The notes below the pieces were generated by a model. That model made no database searches and was not told the DNA's origin. It worked only from the letters and a program-made list of their open reading frames with translations. A program made the translations under genes and the position numbers. DNA of 63,511 nt, counting the filler, from Candidatus Tectimicrobiota bacterium (GTDB lineage Bacteria; JACPSX01): the NCBI GenBank assembly GCA_016193065.1. It is 4 parts of 4 records of this genome, joined end to end, with 100 filler letters (N's around TTAATTAATTAA, not from the genome) between each part and the next. Parts side by side here need not be neighbours in the genome. Positions count along the whole stretch, not along the records: positions 1 to 20,681 come from JACPSX010000042.1; 3 more parts are not named here. The stretch is one strand, 5' to 3'. Below, piece by piece: positions 1 through 10,278 of this stretch. How positions within the stretch are numbered: the stretch's first letter is position 1; each line of letters starts with the position of its first letter.

Positions 1-1
1 G

Positions 2-436
2 TGGTGCCACGAGGCGGGATGTAACTATATGTTGATCGTGGTCTCCATCCGTCAACGTTACCCCGGCCATGCCAAGCAGGCCGGAGTAGTCGCTTCCCAA
101 TGCCACGGAGGTGCCTATCTGGGCCGTTATGTCATTGTCGTGGATGAGGATATTGATCCTTCCAATATCACGGAAGTCCTTTGGGCCCTTGCCACTCGAT
201 CGGATCCCGCTTCCTCGATCGATATCCTGCGCAGGTGCTGGAGTGGACCTCTGGACCCGATCATCCGAAAAGAGCAGAAGGGGTTTAATTCTCGTGCCAT
301 CATCGAGGCCTGCCGCCCGTTTGAGTGGAAGGAGAGCTTTCCCGAGGTTTCGGGGCTCAGTCCGGAACTGCGCAGAAAGGTAAAAGAGGACTGGTCAAAA
401 GAATTGATTCGGATTGGAGCACTGAACGGGGAGTAG
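2..436 (+). CDS. UbiD-family (prFMN-dependent) decarboxylase, C-terminal part (5' truncated by window edge)
   Basis: VSIRQRYPGHAKQAG...VIVVDEDIDP...VLWALATRSDP...PLDP...SRAIIEAC is the typical UbiD C-terminal domain. Confidence 0.85.
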   Translation, partial: WCHEAGCNYMLIVVSIRQRYPGHAKQAGVVASQCHGGAYLGRYVIVVDEDIDPSNITEVLWALATRSDPASSIDILRRCWSGPLDPIIRKEQKGFNSRAIIEACRPFEWKESFPEVSGLSPELRRKVKEDWSKELIRIGALNGE

Positions 437-511
437 AATTCTTCCAGGATTGAGAAGGGCGCTTGTTTCTCCAATCCCGGTCACTGCGGATCCAGGAGAA
501 ACAAATTTTGG

Positions 512-540
512 TTGACAAAGCCACAGCAGGAGTCTAGAGT
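512..540 (+). promoter_or_regulatory. sigma70-type promoter upstream of the IclR gene
   Basis: TTGACA (512-517), 17-nt spacer, TAGAGT (535-540). Confidence 0.6.
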
Positions 541-559
541 TTCTCTATTCAATTGACAG

Positions 560-574
560 TTCCGATAGTTGGAA
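560..574. promoter_or_regulatory. candidate IclR-family operator palindrome
   Basis: TTCC-gatagtt-GGAA 15-bp imperfect palindrome between the promoter and the IclR RBS. Confidence 0.35.
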
Positions 575-607
575 TTCCAGGGAATTTCTTTCTGGGGAGG
601 AAAGTCT

Positions 608-1450
608 TTGCAGCCCTCAAAGGGGGTTTCCTCCACTCTGCTGCTGGGCTTGCGGGCCCTGGAGGTTCTGGCCACGAAGAGGGAGATGGGAACCCTGGAA
701 GTGGCTAGCGTACTCGGCTTGCCCCGAGCCACGGCTCACCGTCTGGTCCGCTCTCTCCTCAAAGGGGGGTTCGTTACCCAAAATCCGCTCACCCGGAAGT
801 ACCACCTGGCCTTCAAGCTCTGGACTTTAGGCTCAATGGCCGTGCGGGGCTTGAACTTCATGGAGATGGCTAGGCCCTTCATGGAGGAACTGGCTCGGGA
901 GTGCGGTGAGGTGGTCTATCTGGGAGTGCTGGACAAGCGGGCCGACTGCCCTGTGGTCGTGCATTTGGACCGGGTCCAAGGAGCCAATAAGGTGCAGGTG
1001 GTGAGCCAGGTCGGCGACACTTCGCCTCCGCATGCGGTAGCCACCGGCAAAGCGCTGCTGGCATATCAGGAGCCAGAGTTCCTGAGTAATTTTCTGGCCC
1101 AGGGGTTGCGAGTCTATACCCGGAACACCCTTGTCGATCCACAGCGCTTCCAATCAGAGATGGAAAAGATTCGCCGACAAGGGTATGCCATGAACCTGGA
1201 AGAATGGCGATACGACATCGGAGCCGTGGCTGCGCCTCTTTTTGACCACAGCGGCGCGGTCCGGGCGGCGCTCGGGATCGTTGCTCCTTTTACACGGTTT
1301 GACGGCAGGCGGCGCCAGAAACTGGCAGAGAGTGTCAAAGAGGCTGCCGCCAGGATTTCAGCCACCCTGGGCTACTCCCGAGGAGACGGGATTCAGCCCC
1401 GGCGGTTCAAAAGACCGAGGAAGGGCATGGCTCAGGAGGCCATTTTGTAA
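608..1450 (+). CDS. IclR-family transcriptional regulator
   Basis: N-terminal HTH (LGLPRATAHRLV), ATGKALLA, IRRQGYA, AVAAP motifs; GGAGG RBS before TTG 608 (ORF track starts at 569). Confidence 0.92.
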   Translation: MQPSKGVSSTLLLGLRALEVLATKREMGTLEVASVLGLPRATAHRLVRSLLKGGFVTQNPLTRKYHLAFKLWTLGSMAVRGLNFMEMARPFMEELARECGEVVYLGVLDKRADCPVVVHLDRVQGANKVQVVSQVGDTSPPHAVATGKALLAYQEPEFLSNFLAQGLRVYTRNTLVDPQRFQSEMEKIRRQGYAMNLEEWRYDIGAVAAPLFDHSGAVRAALGIVAPFTRFDGRRRQKLAESVKEAAARISATLGYSRGDGIQPRRFKRPRKGMAQEAIL

Positions 1451-1509
1451 GGGGGGCCACCGTCGAGACCCACGGGGAATTGCCGCGGACCTTTTTTTCA
1501 GGGAGAGGC

Positions 1510-2502
1510 ATGCAGATGAGGAGAGCAAATGGCTATCTGATGGTTTTTCTCTTTCTATTGAGTTTTGCACTGGTGATGCCAGTTCAGGGGCAGGCACAGT
1601 TGGAGACGAAAAAATTGATTGTGGCCCTCTCTGCGCCTACGCCGACATTCTTTCCCCTGGTGCTGGCGAGAGATAAAGGCTTCTACAGGGCAGAGGGTCT
1701 GGAGGTTGCCACCGATATCGTGCAATCCGGTGTTCAGGTCCAAGCCCTGATTGCCGGGAAAGTTTTTGCGGCGGTTCCGCGCATCGAGCCCATGTTGCAA
1801 GGGGTTAAAGCAAAGATCATCCTGGTCGTGGGCTACAAGCCTTCCTTTGACTTGATGTCCCAACCGGAGCTGAAGAGCTTTGCGGATCTAAAGGGGAAGG
1901 TGGTAGCTGTCTCGGGCCGGGGGAGCACAACCGATGCGGTGACACGCGAAATTCTGGAAGCGAACGGTCTCAATTACGAAAAAGATGTGGTCCTTCTGGT
2001 CGCCGGAAACATGTCAACCATGTACGCGGCTCTGGCCGCCAAGCGGGTCGCCGGCGCTTTGCTGGCCATGCCGTTCAACTTCATGGCGATGGACCAGGGA
2101 TTTCACAAACTCGCCTTTGCCGGCGATTTCGCAAGAGCCATTCAGGGCGGCTTGATGATTATGGACGGCAGCCTGAGGTCGGAGTCGGACATGGTCCTGA
2201 AAGTCACCAGGGGGACCCTGAAGGGGATGCTAGCCTATCGCAGGGGCGGAGAGGAGACTTTGCAGCTATTGAGCCGTTTTATCAAGACAGAAGACCTGGA
2301 GCTGCTCAAGAGAATTTACGAGTACCACGTGCAGACCATTACGGAAGATGGAACTATTTCCGAGCGACTCATGGACGACCTGATCCAGCAGGCGGAGTCT
2401 GGGGCGAAAGGGCAAACGGCGGTCGGACGCGCGGACATATTTGACTTTTCCCCGGCCCGCAAAGCCCTTCAAACCCTCCAGGTTTCTGGGTGGCGGCCGT
2501 AG
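1510..2502 (+). CDS. NitT/TauT (SsuA/THI5-like) ABC substrate-binding protein
   Basis: signal peptide, DKGFYRAEGLEV, ADLKGKVVAVSGRGSTT. Confidence 0.85.
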   Translation: MQMRRANGYLMVFLFLLSFALVMPVQGQAQLETKKLIVALSAPTPTFFPLVLARDKGFYRAEGLEVATDIVQSGVQVQALIAGKVFAAVPRIEPMLQGVKAKIILVVGYKPSFDLMSQPELKSFADLKGKVVAVSGRGSTTDAVTREILEANGLNYEKDVVLLVAGNMSTMYAALAAKRVAGALLAMPFNFMAMDQGFHKLAFAGDFARAIQGGLMIMDGSLRSESDMVLKVTRGTLKGMLAYRRGGEETLQLLSRFIKTEDLELLKRIYEYHVQTITEDGTISERLMDDLIQQAESGAKGQTAVGRADIFDFSPARKALQTLQVSGWRP

Positions 2503-2538
2503 ACTGTCTTTCTTGACGACTTCAAGGAGAACCATACC

Positions 2539-3972
2539 ATGCCCTATGGGGATTTACGCGAGTACCTGCAAGCCCTGGAAGCGCACGGCAAGCTGCATAG
2601 GGTGACCAAGGAAGTGGATAAGGACTGGGAGATTTCCGCCGTCGGGCGCTCGACGTTCCGGCGCATCCCCGCCGAACGCCGACCGGCGCTGTTGTTCGAG
2701 CGGGTCAAGGGTTACACAATTCCCGTACTGGTAGGGGCTCTGGGAGCCTCGCTGGAAGTGTACGCGCTTGCCCTTGAGACCACCTTGCCGGGAATACCTG
2801 GGAAGTGGGAGAAGGCCTTAGCGAATCCGATCCCGCCGGTGCGGATCGCCACGGGCCCGTGCAAGGAAAACATCCTCATGGAAGATCAGGTGGATCTGGG
2901 GAAATTTCCCATTCCCACCTGGACCGCCCGCCAGGATCCGGGGCCTTACATCAATTTGCCCTACGTGTGCTCAAAAGATCCCGAGGACGGTTCTCGCAAC
3001 GTGGGCACGTACCGAATGCAGGTGAAAGGAAAAAACAAGACGGGTTTGTTCATCAGCACCTTTAAGAATATTCTCCCCCACATTGCGAAAAATGAGAAGC
3101 TGGGAAGGCCCACGCCGGTCGCCGTGGTGATCGGCGCGGATCCCACCATCGGCATGACGTCGGTTGCCACTGTGCCCTACGACGTCGACGAATTTGCGCT
3201 TTCCGGCGGCTTGCGCGGGGCTCCCGTGGAGCTGGTGAAGTGCGAGACGAGCGACATTGAGGTACCGGCTACTGCCGAGATTGTTCTGGAGGGAGAGATC
3301 CCTCCCAATGTCCGCGAGCACGAGGGACCTTTTGGCGAGCATACGGGGTACATGGGGCCTCCAGGAGATACCTTTGTCTTTCATATTAAATGCATCACGC
3401 ACCGGAACAATCCGATTTATCAAGGGATCATCAGTCTGCTTCCCCCGAGCGAGAGCAGTTGCATCCGTCTTGCCGCCCGTGAATTCCCGATTCTAAAACA
3501 TTTGCGAGATCGTCTGGGGTTGCCCGTTGTCGATGTGCACTTGAAGGAGAGTGGGGGTACGGGACCTTACCTGGCGATCTCCATGAAGAAGCAGTTTCCC
3601 GAGCAGGTAAAGCAGGTCATTTGGGGAGCCTGGTCGTTCGAACCGACTTTCGGGAAGATCGTCGTTGTCGTCGATGATGACATCGATATCCGGGACGCTA
3701 ACGCACTGGATTGGGCCATCTGCTACCGCATGCAGCCTGACCGGGACGTGTTTATTGTCCCTGAGGCGGCGGCCTATCGCCTGGACCCGTCCACGGCTCC
3801 GGTCGATGTCCCCTCCCATCACCCGTCCCGACGCATCGGATCGAAGCTGGCAATGGACGCGACCCGCAAACACGAGTTTCCGGGCGTAGCTGTGCCGCCG
3901 AAGGAGCATCTGGATCGCGTCTGGAGACAGTGGGAAGAATACGGCTTTCCCAGGTCTTATCCGGAGTATTAG
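2539..3972 (+). CDS. UbiD-family decarboxylase
   Basis: DLREYL N-terminus, NVGTYRMQ, EIVLEG, catalytic EGPFGE, VVVDDDID. Confidence 0.93.
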   Translation: MPYGDLREYLQALEAHGKLHRVTKEVDKDWEISAVGRSTFRRIPAERRPALLFERVKGYTIPVLVGALGASLEVYALALETTLPGIPGKWEKALANPIPPVRIATGPCKENILMEDQVDLGKFPIPTWTARQDPGPYINLPYVCSKDPEDGSRNVGTYRMQVKGKNKTGLFISTFKNILPHIAKNEKLGRPTPVAVVIGADPTIGMTSVATVPYDVDEFALSGGLRGAPVELVKCETSDIEVPATAEIVLEGEIPPNVREHEGPFGEHTGYMGPPGDTFVFHIKCITHRNNPIYQGIISLLPPSESSCIRLAAREFPILKHLRDRLGLPVVDVHLKESGGTGPYLAISMKKQFPEQVKQVIWGAWSFEPTFGKIVVVVDDDIDIRDANALDWAICYRMQPDRDVFIVPEAAAYRLDPSTAPVDVPSHHPSRRIGSKLAMDATRKHEFPGVAVPPKEHLDRVWRQWEEYGFPRSYPEY

Positions 3973-4075
3973 GGGGGTAGCGATCACGAAAGGATAAGCA
4001 GTTCGTCTTCCCATGGATGTAGGTGAGGTCTATCGGGGAGATCCTGGAAACTTTTTACCTGTTGAGGAGCAACTT

Positions 4076-6517
4076 ATGGCTGATGTGATCACCGGAAACG
4101 GGAAGAAGCTGGTGGGGACGAGCGTGCGGCGCAAGGAGGACCCGGATGTGCTCCTGGGCCGGGAGACTTACACAGCGGACCTGAAGTTGCCGGGGATGGT
4201 GTACGCGGCCATCTTCCGCAGCCCCTATGCCCACGCCCTCCTGAAGCGGGTCGATTTAAGGCGAGCCCTGGCCCTGCCCGGGGTAATCTTTGGGATCACG
4301 GGGGATAGTCTTCCTGACTTCCTCAAACCCATGTCCTTGTCGCCCTATCGTAATGTGGAGTGGGCCGAACTGAAAGTTAAGAATCCCCAGATGAATTATT
4401 TCCCCCATGTGTGCCTGGCTCGGGAGAGGGTGCGGTTTGTAGGGGAGCCGGTGGCGGCTGTGGTGGCCACGGATCCGTACGTGGCTGAGGACGCCCTGGA
4501 GCTCATCGAAGCCGAGTTTGACCCGCTGCCTGTCGTCACCTCGGTGGAACAGGCCCTGCAGCCCGATGCCCCGTTGCTCTATGAAGAGTGGGGCGATAAC
4601 GTCCAACTCCGGTTTAAAGTCTCGGGAGGAGATGTGGAGCGCGCGTTCCGGGAAGCGGATCTGGTGGTGAAGGAGACGGTGATCAGTTCCCGGTATACGG
4701 GGACGCCGATGGAGCCCCGGGTGGTCATCGGGAGGTACAGTGCCGAGGAGAACTACCTGGAGGTGTGGGACACGACTCAGCGGACCCATTCCGTGAGCAT
4801 GTTCGTGCGCAACTCGATCGATCTGCCGGACTTGCAAGTCCGGGTCATCACCCTGCGGGTGGGAGGGGGCTTTGGTCAGAAGCGGGGGTTCTACTCCGAA
4901 GAGGTGTTGATCCCGCTCTTGTCGATTTTGACCCATCGGCCGGTGAAGTGGGTGGAGACGCGCAGCGAGCACATGGTGGGGACAAGCCACGGGCGCCAGC
5001 AAGTCCACCAGATGGAGGCGGCGGTCAAGCGCGATGGGACGGTGCTGGCGCTGCGGGACCGCATCCTTGCCGACCTGGGCGTCGCCTACCCCACCTCGGG
5101 CACCATCTCCGTCATGACCACCTTGATGTTCATACCCGGCGCCTACCGGATCCAAAATTACGAAGGCGAGCTTCTCGGCGTGAACACCAACAAGACCGTT
5201 TACGGTTCGCACCGGGCCTTTGGGAAGGCCGACGCGGCCTACGCCATCGAGCGCTTCATGGACGTAATTGCTCAGGAACTGGGGATGGACCCGGCCGAAC
5301 TGCGCCTCAAGAACTTTATCCAGCCCCATGAGTTCCCCTATCTTTGCGTGACGGGCTCCCGTTACGACAGCGGCAACTACCCGCAGGCGTTTCAAGATGC
5401 CCTGAAACGAGCAGGCAATGAGAAGTGGCGAGAGGAGCAGAAACGGGGGTGGCAGCAGGGGCGCTATCTGGGCATAGGGGTGAGCCTGGTCATCGAGCCC
5501 AACAGCGCCAGCAAGGTGGCCACTTACAACGCCGGTCACTACGGGGTACGGATGCAGATGGACCCCACGGGCGGGGTCACCGTGTTCTGCGCGGGCAACG
5601 ACGAGGGTCAAGGGCACGGGACAGCCATCGGGCAGTTGGTGGCGGACGAGCTGGGGGTGGAGTTCGATCGGGTTCACACGGTGGAGGGGGACAGCCTGTT
5701 ATGTCCGTTTGGGTCCGGGTCCTACTCAGCCCGCTTCGCGGTGGTGGGCACCTCGGCGGTGATTATGGCCAGCCGGCGGCTCAAGGAGAAGCTCGTGCGG
5801 ATTGCAGCCCAGGTGTTGGGGGTAGGCGTGGAGGAGGTGCGGGCCGAGGGGGGAGCCGTGGAGGTGCTGAAGGACCCCTCGCGCCGGCTCAGTTATCAGC
5901 AGATCGCCCAGGTTGCCTACTTCGAGGTGCTGCGGCTCCCTGCTGGGGTGGAGCCGGGCCTGGAGGTGCTCTACTACTACATTGATTCGAATTTGCAGGC
6001 TGCGGATCTCAGGAAGGTTCCCGATGAGCGGGGACGCTATGCGGTCTACTCCACCTTCCCCTATGCGGCCAATGTGGCAGTGGTGGAGGTGGACGTGGAG
6101 ACGGGCCGGGTGAGACTGCTGGAATATGTGAGTACGGATGACTGCGGGCGGATGATTAACCCGGCGGAGGTGGTGAGTCAGTACATGGGGGCCTTTGCGC
6201 ACGGGTTGGGCGGGGCGTTTTACGAGGAGCTGGTCTACGACGAAGGGGGGCAGCCTCTGGCGCAGAATTTCAAGGACTATTTGGTGCCGACGGCGCTGGA
6301 GGTCCCGCGCGTAAAGCTGGCGCACATGGAGACGCCGAATCCGTTTACTCCGGGAGGCTTTAAGGGGGCTTCGGAGACGGGGGCCGTGGGGCCCACGCCG
6401 ACGATTGCCAATGCGGTGGAGGATGCTTTGAGGCCTTTGGGGGTGAAGCTGCGCCGCATCCCGATCACTCCTGCGATTGTCTGGGAGGCCATCCAGAAAG
6501 CCAAGGGGTTGAAGTGA
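4076..6517 (+). CDS. xanthine oxidase-family molybdenum hydroxylase large subunit (CoxL/CutL-like, not form I CODH)
   Basis: GTSVRRKED, RSPYAHA, GGGFGQK, YDSGNYP, GQGH, GFKGASE; active-site loop GSHRAFGK; GAGGAG RBS before ATG 4076. Confidence 0.92.
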   Translation: MADVITGNGKKLVGTSVRRKEDPDVLLGRETYTADLKLPGMVYAAIFRSPYAHALLKRVDLRRALALPGVIFGITGDSLPDFLKPMSLSPYRNVEWAELKVKNPQMNYFPHVCLARERVRFVGEPVAAVVATDPYVAEDALELIEAEFDPLPVVTSVEQALQPDAPLLYEEWGDNVQLRFKVSGGDVERAFREADLVVKETVISSRYTGTPMEPRVVIGRYSAEENYLEVWDTTQRTHSVSMFVRNSIDLPDLQVRVITLRVGGGFGQKRGFYSEEVLIPLLSILTHRPVKWVETRSEHMVGTSHGRQQVHQMEAAVKRDGTVLALRDRILADLGVAYPTSGTISVMTTLMFIPGAYRIQNYEGELLGVNTNKTVYGSHRAFGKADAAYAIERFMDVIAQELGMDPAELRLKNFIQPHEFPYLCVTGSRYDSGNYPQAFQDALKRAGNEKWREEQKRGWQQGRYLGIGVSLVIEPNSASKVATYNAGHYGVRMQMDPTGGVTVFCAGNDEGQGHGTAIGQLVADELGVEFDRVHTVEGDSLLCPFGSGSYSARFAVVGTSAVIMASRRLKEKLVRIAAQVLGVGVEEVRAEGGAVEVLKDPSRRLSYQQIAQVAYFEVLRLPAGVEPGLEVLYYYIDSNLQAADLRKVPDERGRYAVYSTFPYAANVAVVEVDVETGRVRLLEYVSTDDCGRMINPAEVVSQYMGAFAHGLGGAFYEELVYDEGGQPLAQNFKDYLVPTALEVPRVKLAHMETPNPFTPGGFKGASETGAVGPTPTIANAVEDALRPLGVKLRRIPITPAIVWEAIQKAKGLK

Positions 6518-6552
6518 ATTCAAGGAAGTGAATTCAAGGAAGTGAATTCAAG
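6511..6552 (+). repeat. 14-bp tandem repeat GAAGTGAATTCAAG x3
   Basis: three exact copies at 6511, 6525 and 6539, overlapping the upstream stop codon. Confidence 0.9.
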
Positions 6553-6568
6553 GGAAAGGGGGACTGCC

Positions 6569-8215
6569 GTGGCGGGATATTATCCAGATTTCAGATCCTA
6601 TCTGGAGCACTTGGACAGTCAGGGTCTTCTCCAGCGCATCCGCCGTCCCATCAATAAGGATACGGAGATGCACCCTCTGGTCCGCATCCAGTTCCGTGGG
6701 CTGCCGGAGAGCGCCCGCAAGGGGTTTCTCTTTGATCAGGTGATTGATTCTCAGGGGAAGAGATACGACATTCCCGTTGCCGTCGGCTGCATTGCCGCTT
6801 CCAAACAGGTCTATCTCGTGGGGATGCAGTGCCGGGACGAGGAAGAGTTGACCCGCTGCTGGACCCGCGCCCAGGTGGAGCCCATACCTGCGGTGCTGGT
6901 GTCAGGGGGTCTGGCGCAGGAAGTGGTTCACCAAGGCAAGGACCTGAGCCTCCCCGGAGGAGGGATGGACATGATCCCGGTTCCCGTCTCCACGCCGGGG
7001 TTAGATAACGCTCCCTACATTACCGCGGGTCACTGGATCACGAAGGACCCCGAGACCGGCATCCGCAACGTCGGCAACTATCGCGGGATGATCAAGAGCA
7101 CGAACCGCATCGGGTGCTATGCGGGCAGCTCCAAGGGCTTGACCGACCACTGGCTCAAATGCAGGAAACAGAGGATCCCTTTGCAGGTGGCAATTGCCAT
7201 CGGTGTGACTCCCAACGTCGCTTGCACGGCAATCGCGAAATTGCCCATGGACGTGGATGAGTTGGCCGTGGCGGGGGGGCTGGCGGGAGAGCCCCTGGAA
7301 GTGGTGCGGTGCAAAACCGTCGATCTGGAGGTTCCGGCCCACACGGAAATCGTGATTGAGGGGGTCATCTCCACGGACGCCCTGGAATACGAAGCCCCGT
7401 TCGGGGAGTTTACGGGCTACATGGGGCTCAAGGAACTCATGTACTACATGGATGTGACCTGCATCACCCATCGCCGAAACCCCACATACATGGCGTTCCT
7501 GAGCCAATTTCCCCCCAGCGAGTCCAGCAAGATCCGGCAGATCACCTGGGAGCGCATTCTTTACAAATATCTGGCCGTTGACGAGGGGATCAAAGGGGTC
7601 CAGGAGGTGGCTCTGCACGAGCCCACGGGCAGTTGGGGCCTGTGCGTCATTCGCCTGGCCAAGCAGAAACAGGACGATGCCTGGAGGGCGCTGCAGGGGG
7701 TTGCCCGCCGGACCACGGTAGGTTGCAAAATGGTTATCGCCGTGGACGAGGATGTGGACTGTCGCGATCCGGACGCGATCAACTGGGCTTTGAGCTTTCA
7801 TATGCAACCGTACCGGGACCTGCAGGTCGTGGATTGCGAAAAACCCATGCTTCTCGATTATTCCACTGCCCCACCGGGACAGGGGGTGATGAGAGGTCCC
7901 GCCGCCGAGCAGGAGCCTCGCTCTACATGCCTCCTCCTGGATGCCACCCGGAAATGGGCCTACCCTCCGGTCAGCCTTCCCAGGAGGGAGTTCATGGAAC
8001 GCGCTCTGGAGATTTGGCGGGAGGAGAAGTTGCCCGAACCGGATCTCAAGGAGCCCTGGTTCGGTTACCCGTTGGGCTGTTGGAACCAGGAGGATGAGGG
8101 AGAGGCTCAACTCGCCGTACGAGGGGAGCACTACATAACCGGCGAAAAAATGCGGCAGAGTCGGCATCCGCTTGGACAGGGGGAAGTGCCGAAGGGGAGT
8201 GCGGACTCAGGATAG
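6569..8215 (+). CDS. UbiD-family decarboxylase (long form)
   Basis: DFRSYL, NVGNYRG, EAPFGEFTGY, FPPSESS, AVDEDVD. Confidence 0.92.
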   Translation: MAGYYPDFRSYLEHLDSQGLLQRIRRPINKDTEMHPLVRIQFRGLPESARKGFLFDQVIDSQGKRYDIPVAVGCIAASKQVYLVGMQCRDEEELTRCWTRAQVEPIPAVLVSGGLAQEVVHQGKDLSLPGGGMDMIPVPVSTPGLDNAPYITAGHWITKDPETGIRNVGNYRGMIKSTNRIGCYAGSSKGLTDHWLKCRKQRIPLQVAIAIGVTPNVACTAIAKLPMDVDELAVAGGLAGEPLEVVRCKTVDLEVPAHTEIVIEGVISTDALEYEAPFGEFTGYMGLKELMYYMDVTCITHRRNPTYMAFLSQFPPSESSKIRQITWERILYKYLAVDEGIKGVQEVALHEPTGSWGLCVIRLAKQKQDDAWRALQGVARRTTVGCKMVIAVDEDVDCRDPDAINWALSFHMQPYRDLQVVDCEKPMLLDYSTAPPGQGVMRGPAAEQEPRSTCLLLDATRKWAYPPVSLPRREFMERALEIWREEKLPEPDLKEPWFGYPLGCWNQEDEGEAQLAVRGEHYITGEKMRQSRHPLGQGEVPKGSADSG

Positions 8216-8242
8216 GAGAGGCTGGAGAAAGGGGGCCAGGAC

Positions 8243-9286
8243 ATGGCCTCAGGAGGGGAAAAAATGGTACCAGGGACCTGTTCGCAAGGGGAAAGTCACC
8301 GGCTGCTTGCGGGACTTGTTTTTATTCTCCTGCTCCTGATCTTTTTTTCTATCTCCCGTCCGGTAGAGGCAAAGATCCGCGTGGCCTACAGCAGTGTGAG
8401 CGGGGTTTTCATGGGATTGTTTGTGGCCCAGGACGCCGGCTATTTTGCTCAACAGGACCTTGATGTGGAAATCCTCTACATCGCCAGCGGCACCACGATG
8501 ACTCAGGCCCTGCTCGGCGGCGACGTGCAGATGGGATTTGGGGGCGGGGTCGGGGCAATTCGGTCCAAGTCGCAGGGAGCCGATCTGGTGATTGTCGGCA
8601 TTTCCGTCGACCGCATGAGCTTCTCCATCTATGGCAGGAAGGAGGTCCGCACCCCGGCCGATCTCAAGGGCCGCAAGTTGGGGGTGACTCGTTTTGGTGG
8701 CGCTCCGGACGTTTGGGCTCGAATTGTTCTGTCTCGGCTTGCCATGGTCCCCGAAAAAGACGTGCCCCTGATCCAGATGGGAGGGCAGCCGCAGATTCTG
8801 GCTGGGCTCGCTGGAGGAGGAATCGACGCGGGAGTGCTCTCCCCACCTATGCTTTTCAAGGCAGCGGACCTGGGCTACCACGAGGTCATCAGCTTTCAAA
8901 GCTCGCCCATTCCCTTCCCCCATATGGCCCTTGTCACCTCTGGGGCGTACGCAGCGAAGCGCGAGGACGAAGTGGAGCGTCTTCTGCGGGCCTACGTGAT
9001 CGGGGTCCACCGGGTCAAGACGGATCCGGTCTTCACCAAAAAAACTCTGGGAAAGTACACAAAGGTACAAGATACCAAAGTCCTGGATCGGACCTACGAT
9101 CTGTGGAACGGGGAGATCCAGAGAGGCCTATCTCTCTCCGAGGAAGCCCTCAATGGAGCCATTGCCGACGTAGCCAAGACCGATTCGAAGGTTCGAAATT
9201 TGCCCCGGGAGAGTTTCCTCAATCCGGTTTTTGTCAAAAGGCTGGAAGCTTCCGGGCTGCTGGAAAAGCTCTATGGCAAGAATTGA
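8243..9286 (+). CDS. NitT/TauT ABC substrate-binding protein
   Basis: signal peptide, AQDAGYF, DLKGRKLGVTRFG. Confidence 0.85.
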   Translation: MASGGEKMVPGTCSQGESHRLLAGLVFILLLLIFFSISRPVEAKIRVAYSSVSGVFMGLFVAQDAGYFAQQDLDVEILYIASGTTMTQALLGGDVQMGFGGGVGAIRSKSQGADLVIVGISVDRMSFSIYGRKEVRTPADLKGRKLGVTRFGGAPDVWARIVLSRLAMVPEKDVPLIQMGGQPQILAGLAGGGIDAGVLSPPMLFKAADLGYHEVISFQSSPIPFPHMALVTSGAYAAKREDEVERLLRAYVIGVHRVKTDPVFTKKTLGKYTKVQDTKVLDRTYDLWNGEIQRGLSLSEEALNGAIADVAKTDSKVRNLPRESFLNPVFVKRLEASGLLEKLYGKN

Positions 9287-9384
9287 GGGGAAACGCTGAC
9301 TGTGGAGCGAAGGGTGTTTGGACGGTTTTCTCGAAACGCGGTTCGCCCAGGAAGAAATAGGCGGCTGAACCTGGAGGCTTTGCT

Positions 9385-10278
9385 ATGTTTCCTGCCCGAT
9401 TCAATTATTACCGCGCGGAGTCTTTACCCGAAGTCTTAGACCTTCTAGCCCGACACGGGTCCGAGGGGAAAATACTGGCTGGGGGCCAGAGCGTTATCCC
9501 GCTGATGAAGTTGAGGCTGGCTTCACCGGCAGTGTTGATTGATATTAACCGGGTGCGCGAGCTGCAGGCCATCGCCGGCGACGAGCGTGGGGGCCTACGC
9601 ATTGGTGCCTTGACCCGCCACCACCACATGGAGATCAAAAAATGGCCCAGATCGCTCGCCTTGCTTATGGATGCCGCCAGAGACATCGGAGATCCGCAGG
9701 TTCGAAACCTGGGGACGGTAGGCGGCGCCTTGGCGGAAGTGGATCCCGCCGGAGACTGGGGCCCCGTCATGCTGTCCCTGGGAGCCAGGGTTCGGGCTGT
9801 TAGCCCCAAAGGAGAACGGACTCTTCCGATCGACGAGTTGTTTGTGGATGCCTTCACGACTTGCCTGGCGGAGGACGAACTGCTGCGGGAGGTGGAGATC
9901 CCTCCTCTTTCCGACGGGACCGGCACCGCTTACCTGAAGATGGAGCGCAAGGCCGGGGACTTTGCCATTGCCAGCGCCGCCGTGCGGGTAAATCGGTCCC
10001 CCGATGGTCGCTGCCAGGACGTGGGGATCGGCCTGGGGGGGGTGGGGCTGGTGCCCCTGCGGGCGCGCGGAGCAGAAGATCTCCTGCGCGGTTCAAATCT
10101 CGAGGAAGAGCTGATTCGCGAGGCGGAGGAATCAGTACGGAAGGAGTGCGAACCCCTCGCGGACATTCGGGGATCCGTGGAGTTCAAGCGGCAAGTGGTA
10201 GGAGTACTGTTCCGCAGAGCCCTCAAAATTGCCCTGCGACGGGCGCAAGGAGAGGAGGTGGAGGCAGGACATGTCTAA
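9385..10278 (+). CDS. Mo-hydroxylase FAD-binding medium subunit (CoxM/CutM-like)
   Basis: LAGGQS, RIGALTRH, QVRNLGTVGG, DIRGS. Confidence 0.93.
   Translation: MFPARFNYYRAESLPEVLDLLARHGSEGKILAGGQSVIPLMKLRLASPAVLIDINRVRELQAIAGDERGGLRIGALTRHHHMEIKKWPRSLALLMDAARDIGDPQVRNLGTVGGALAEVDPAGDWGPVMLSLGARVRAVSPKGERTLPIDELFVDAFTTCLAEDELLREVEIPPLSDGTGTAYLKMERKAGDFAIASAAVRVNRSPDGRCQDVGIGLGGVGLVPLRARGAEDLLRGSNLEEELIREAEESVRKECEPLADIRGSVEFKRQVVGVLFRRALKIALRRAQGEEVEAGHV

Noticed and set aside
6511-6552. CRISPR array
   Set aside because: Repeats are 14 bp, directly adjacent with no spacers, and no cas genes are present
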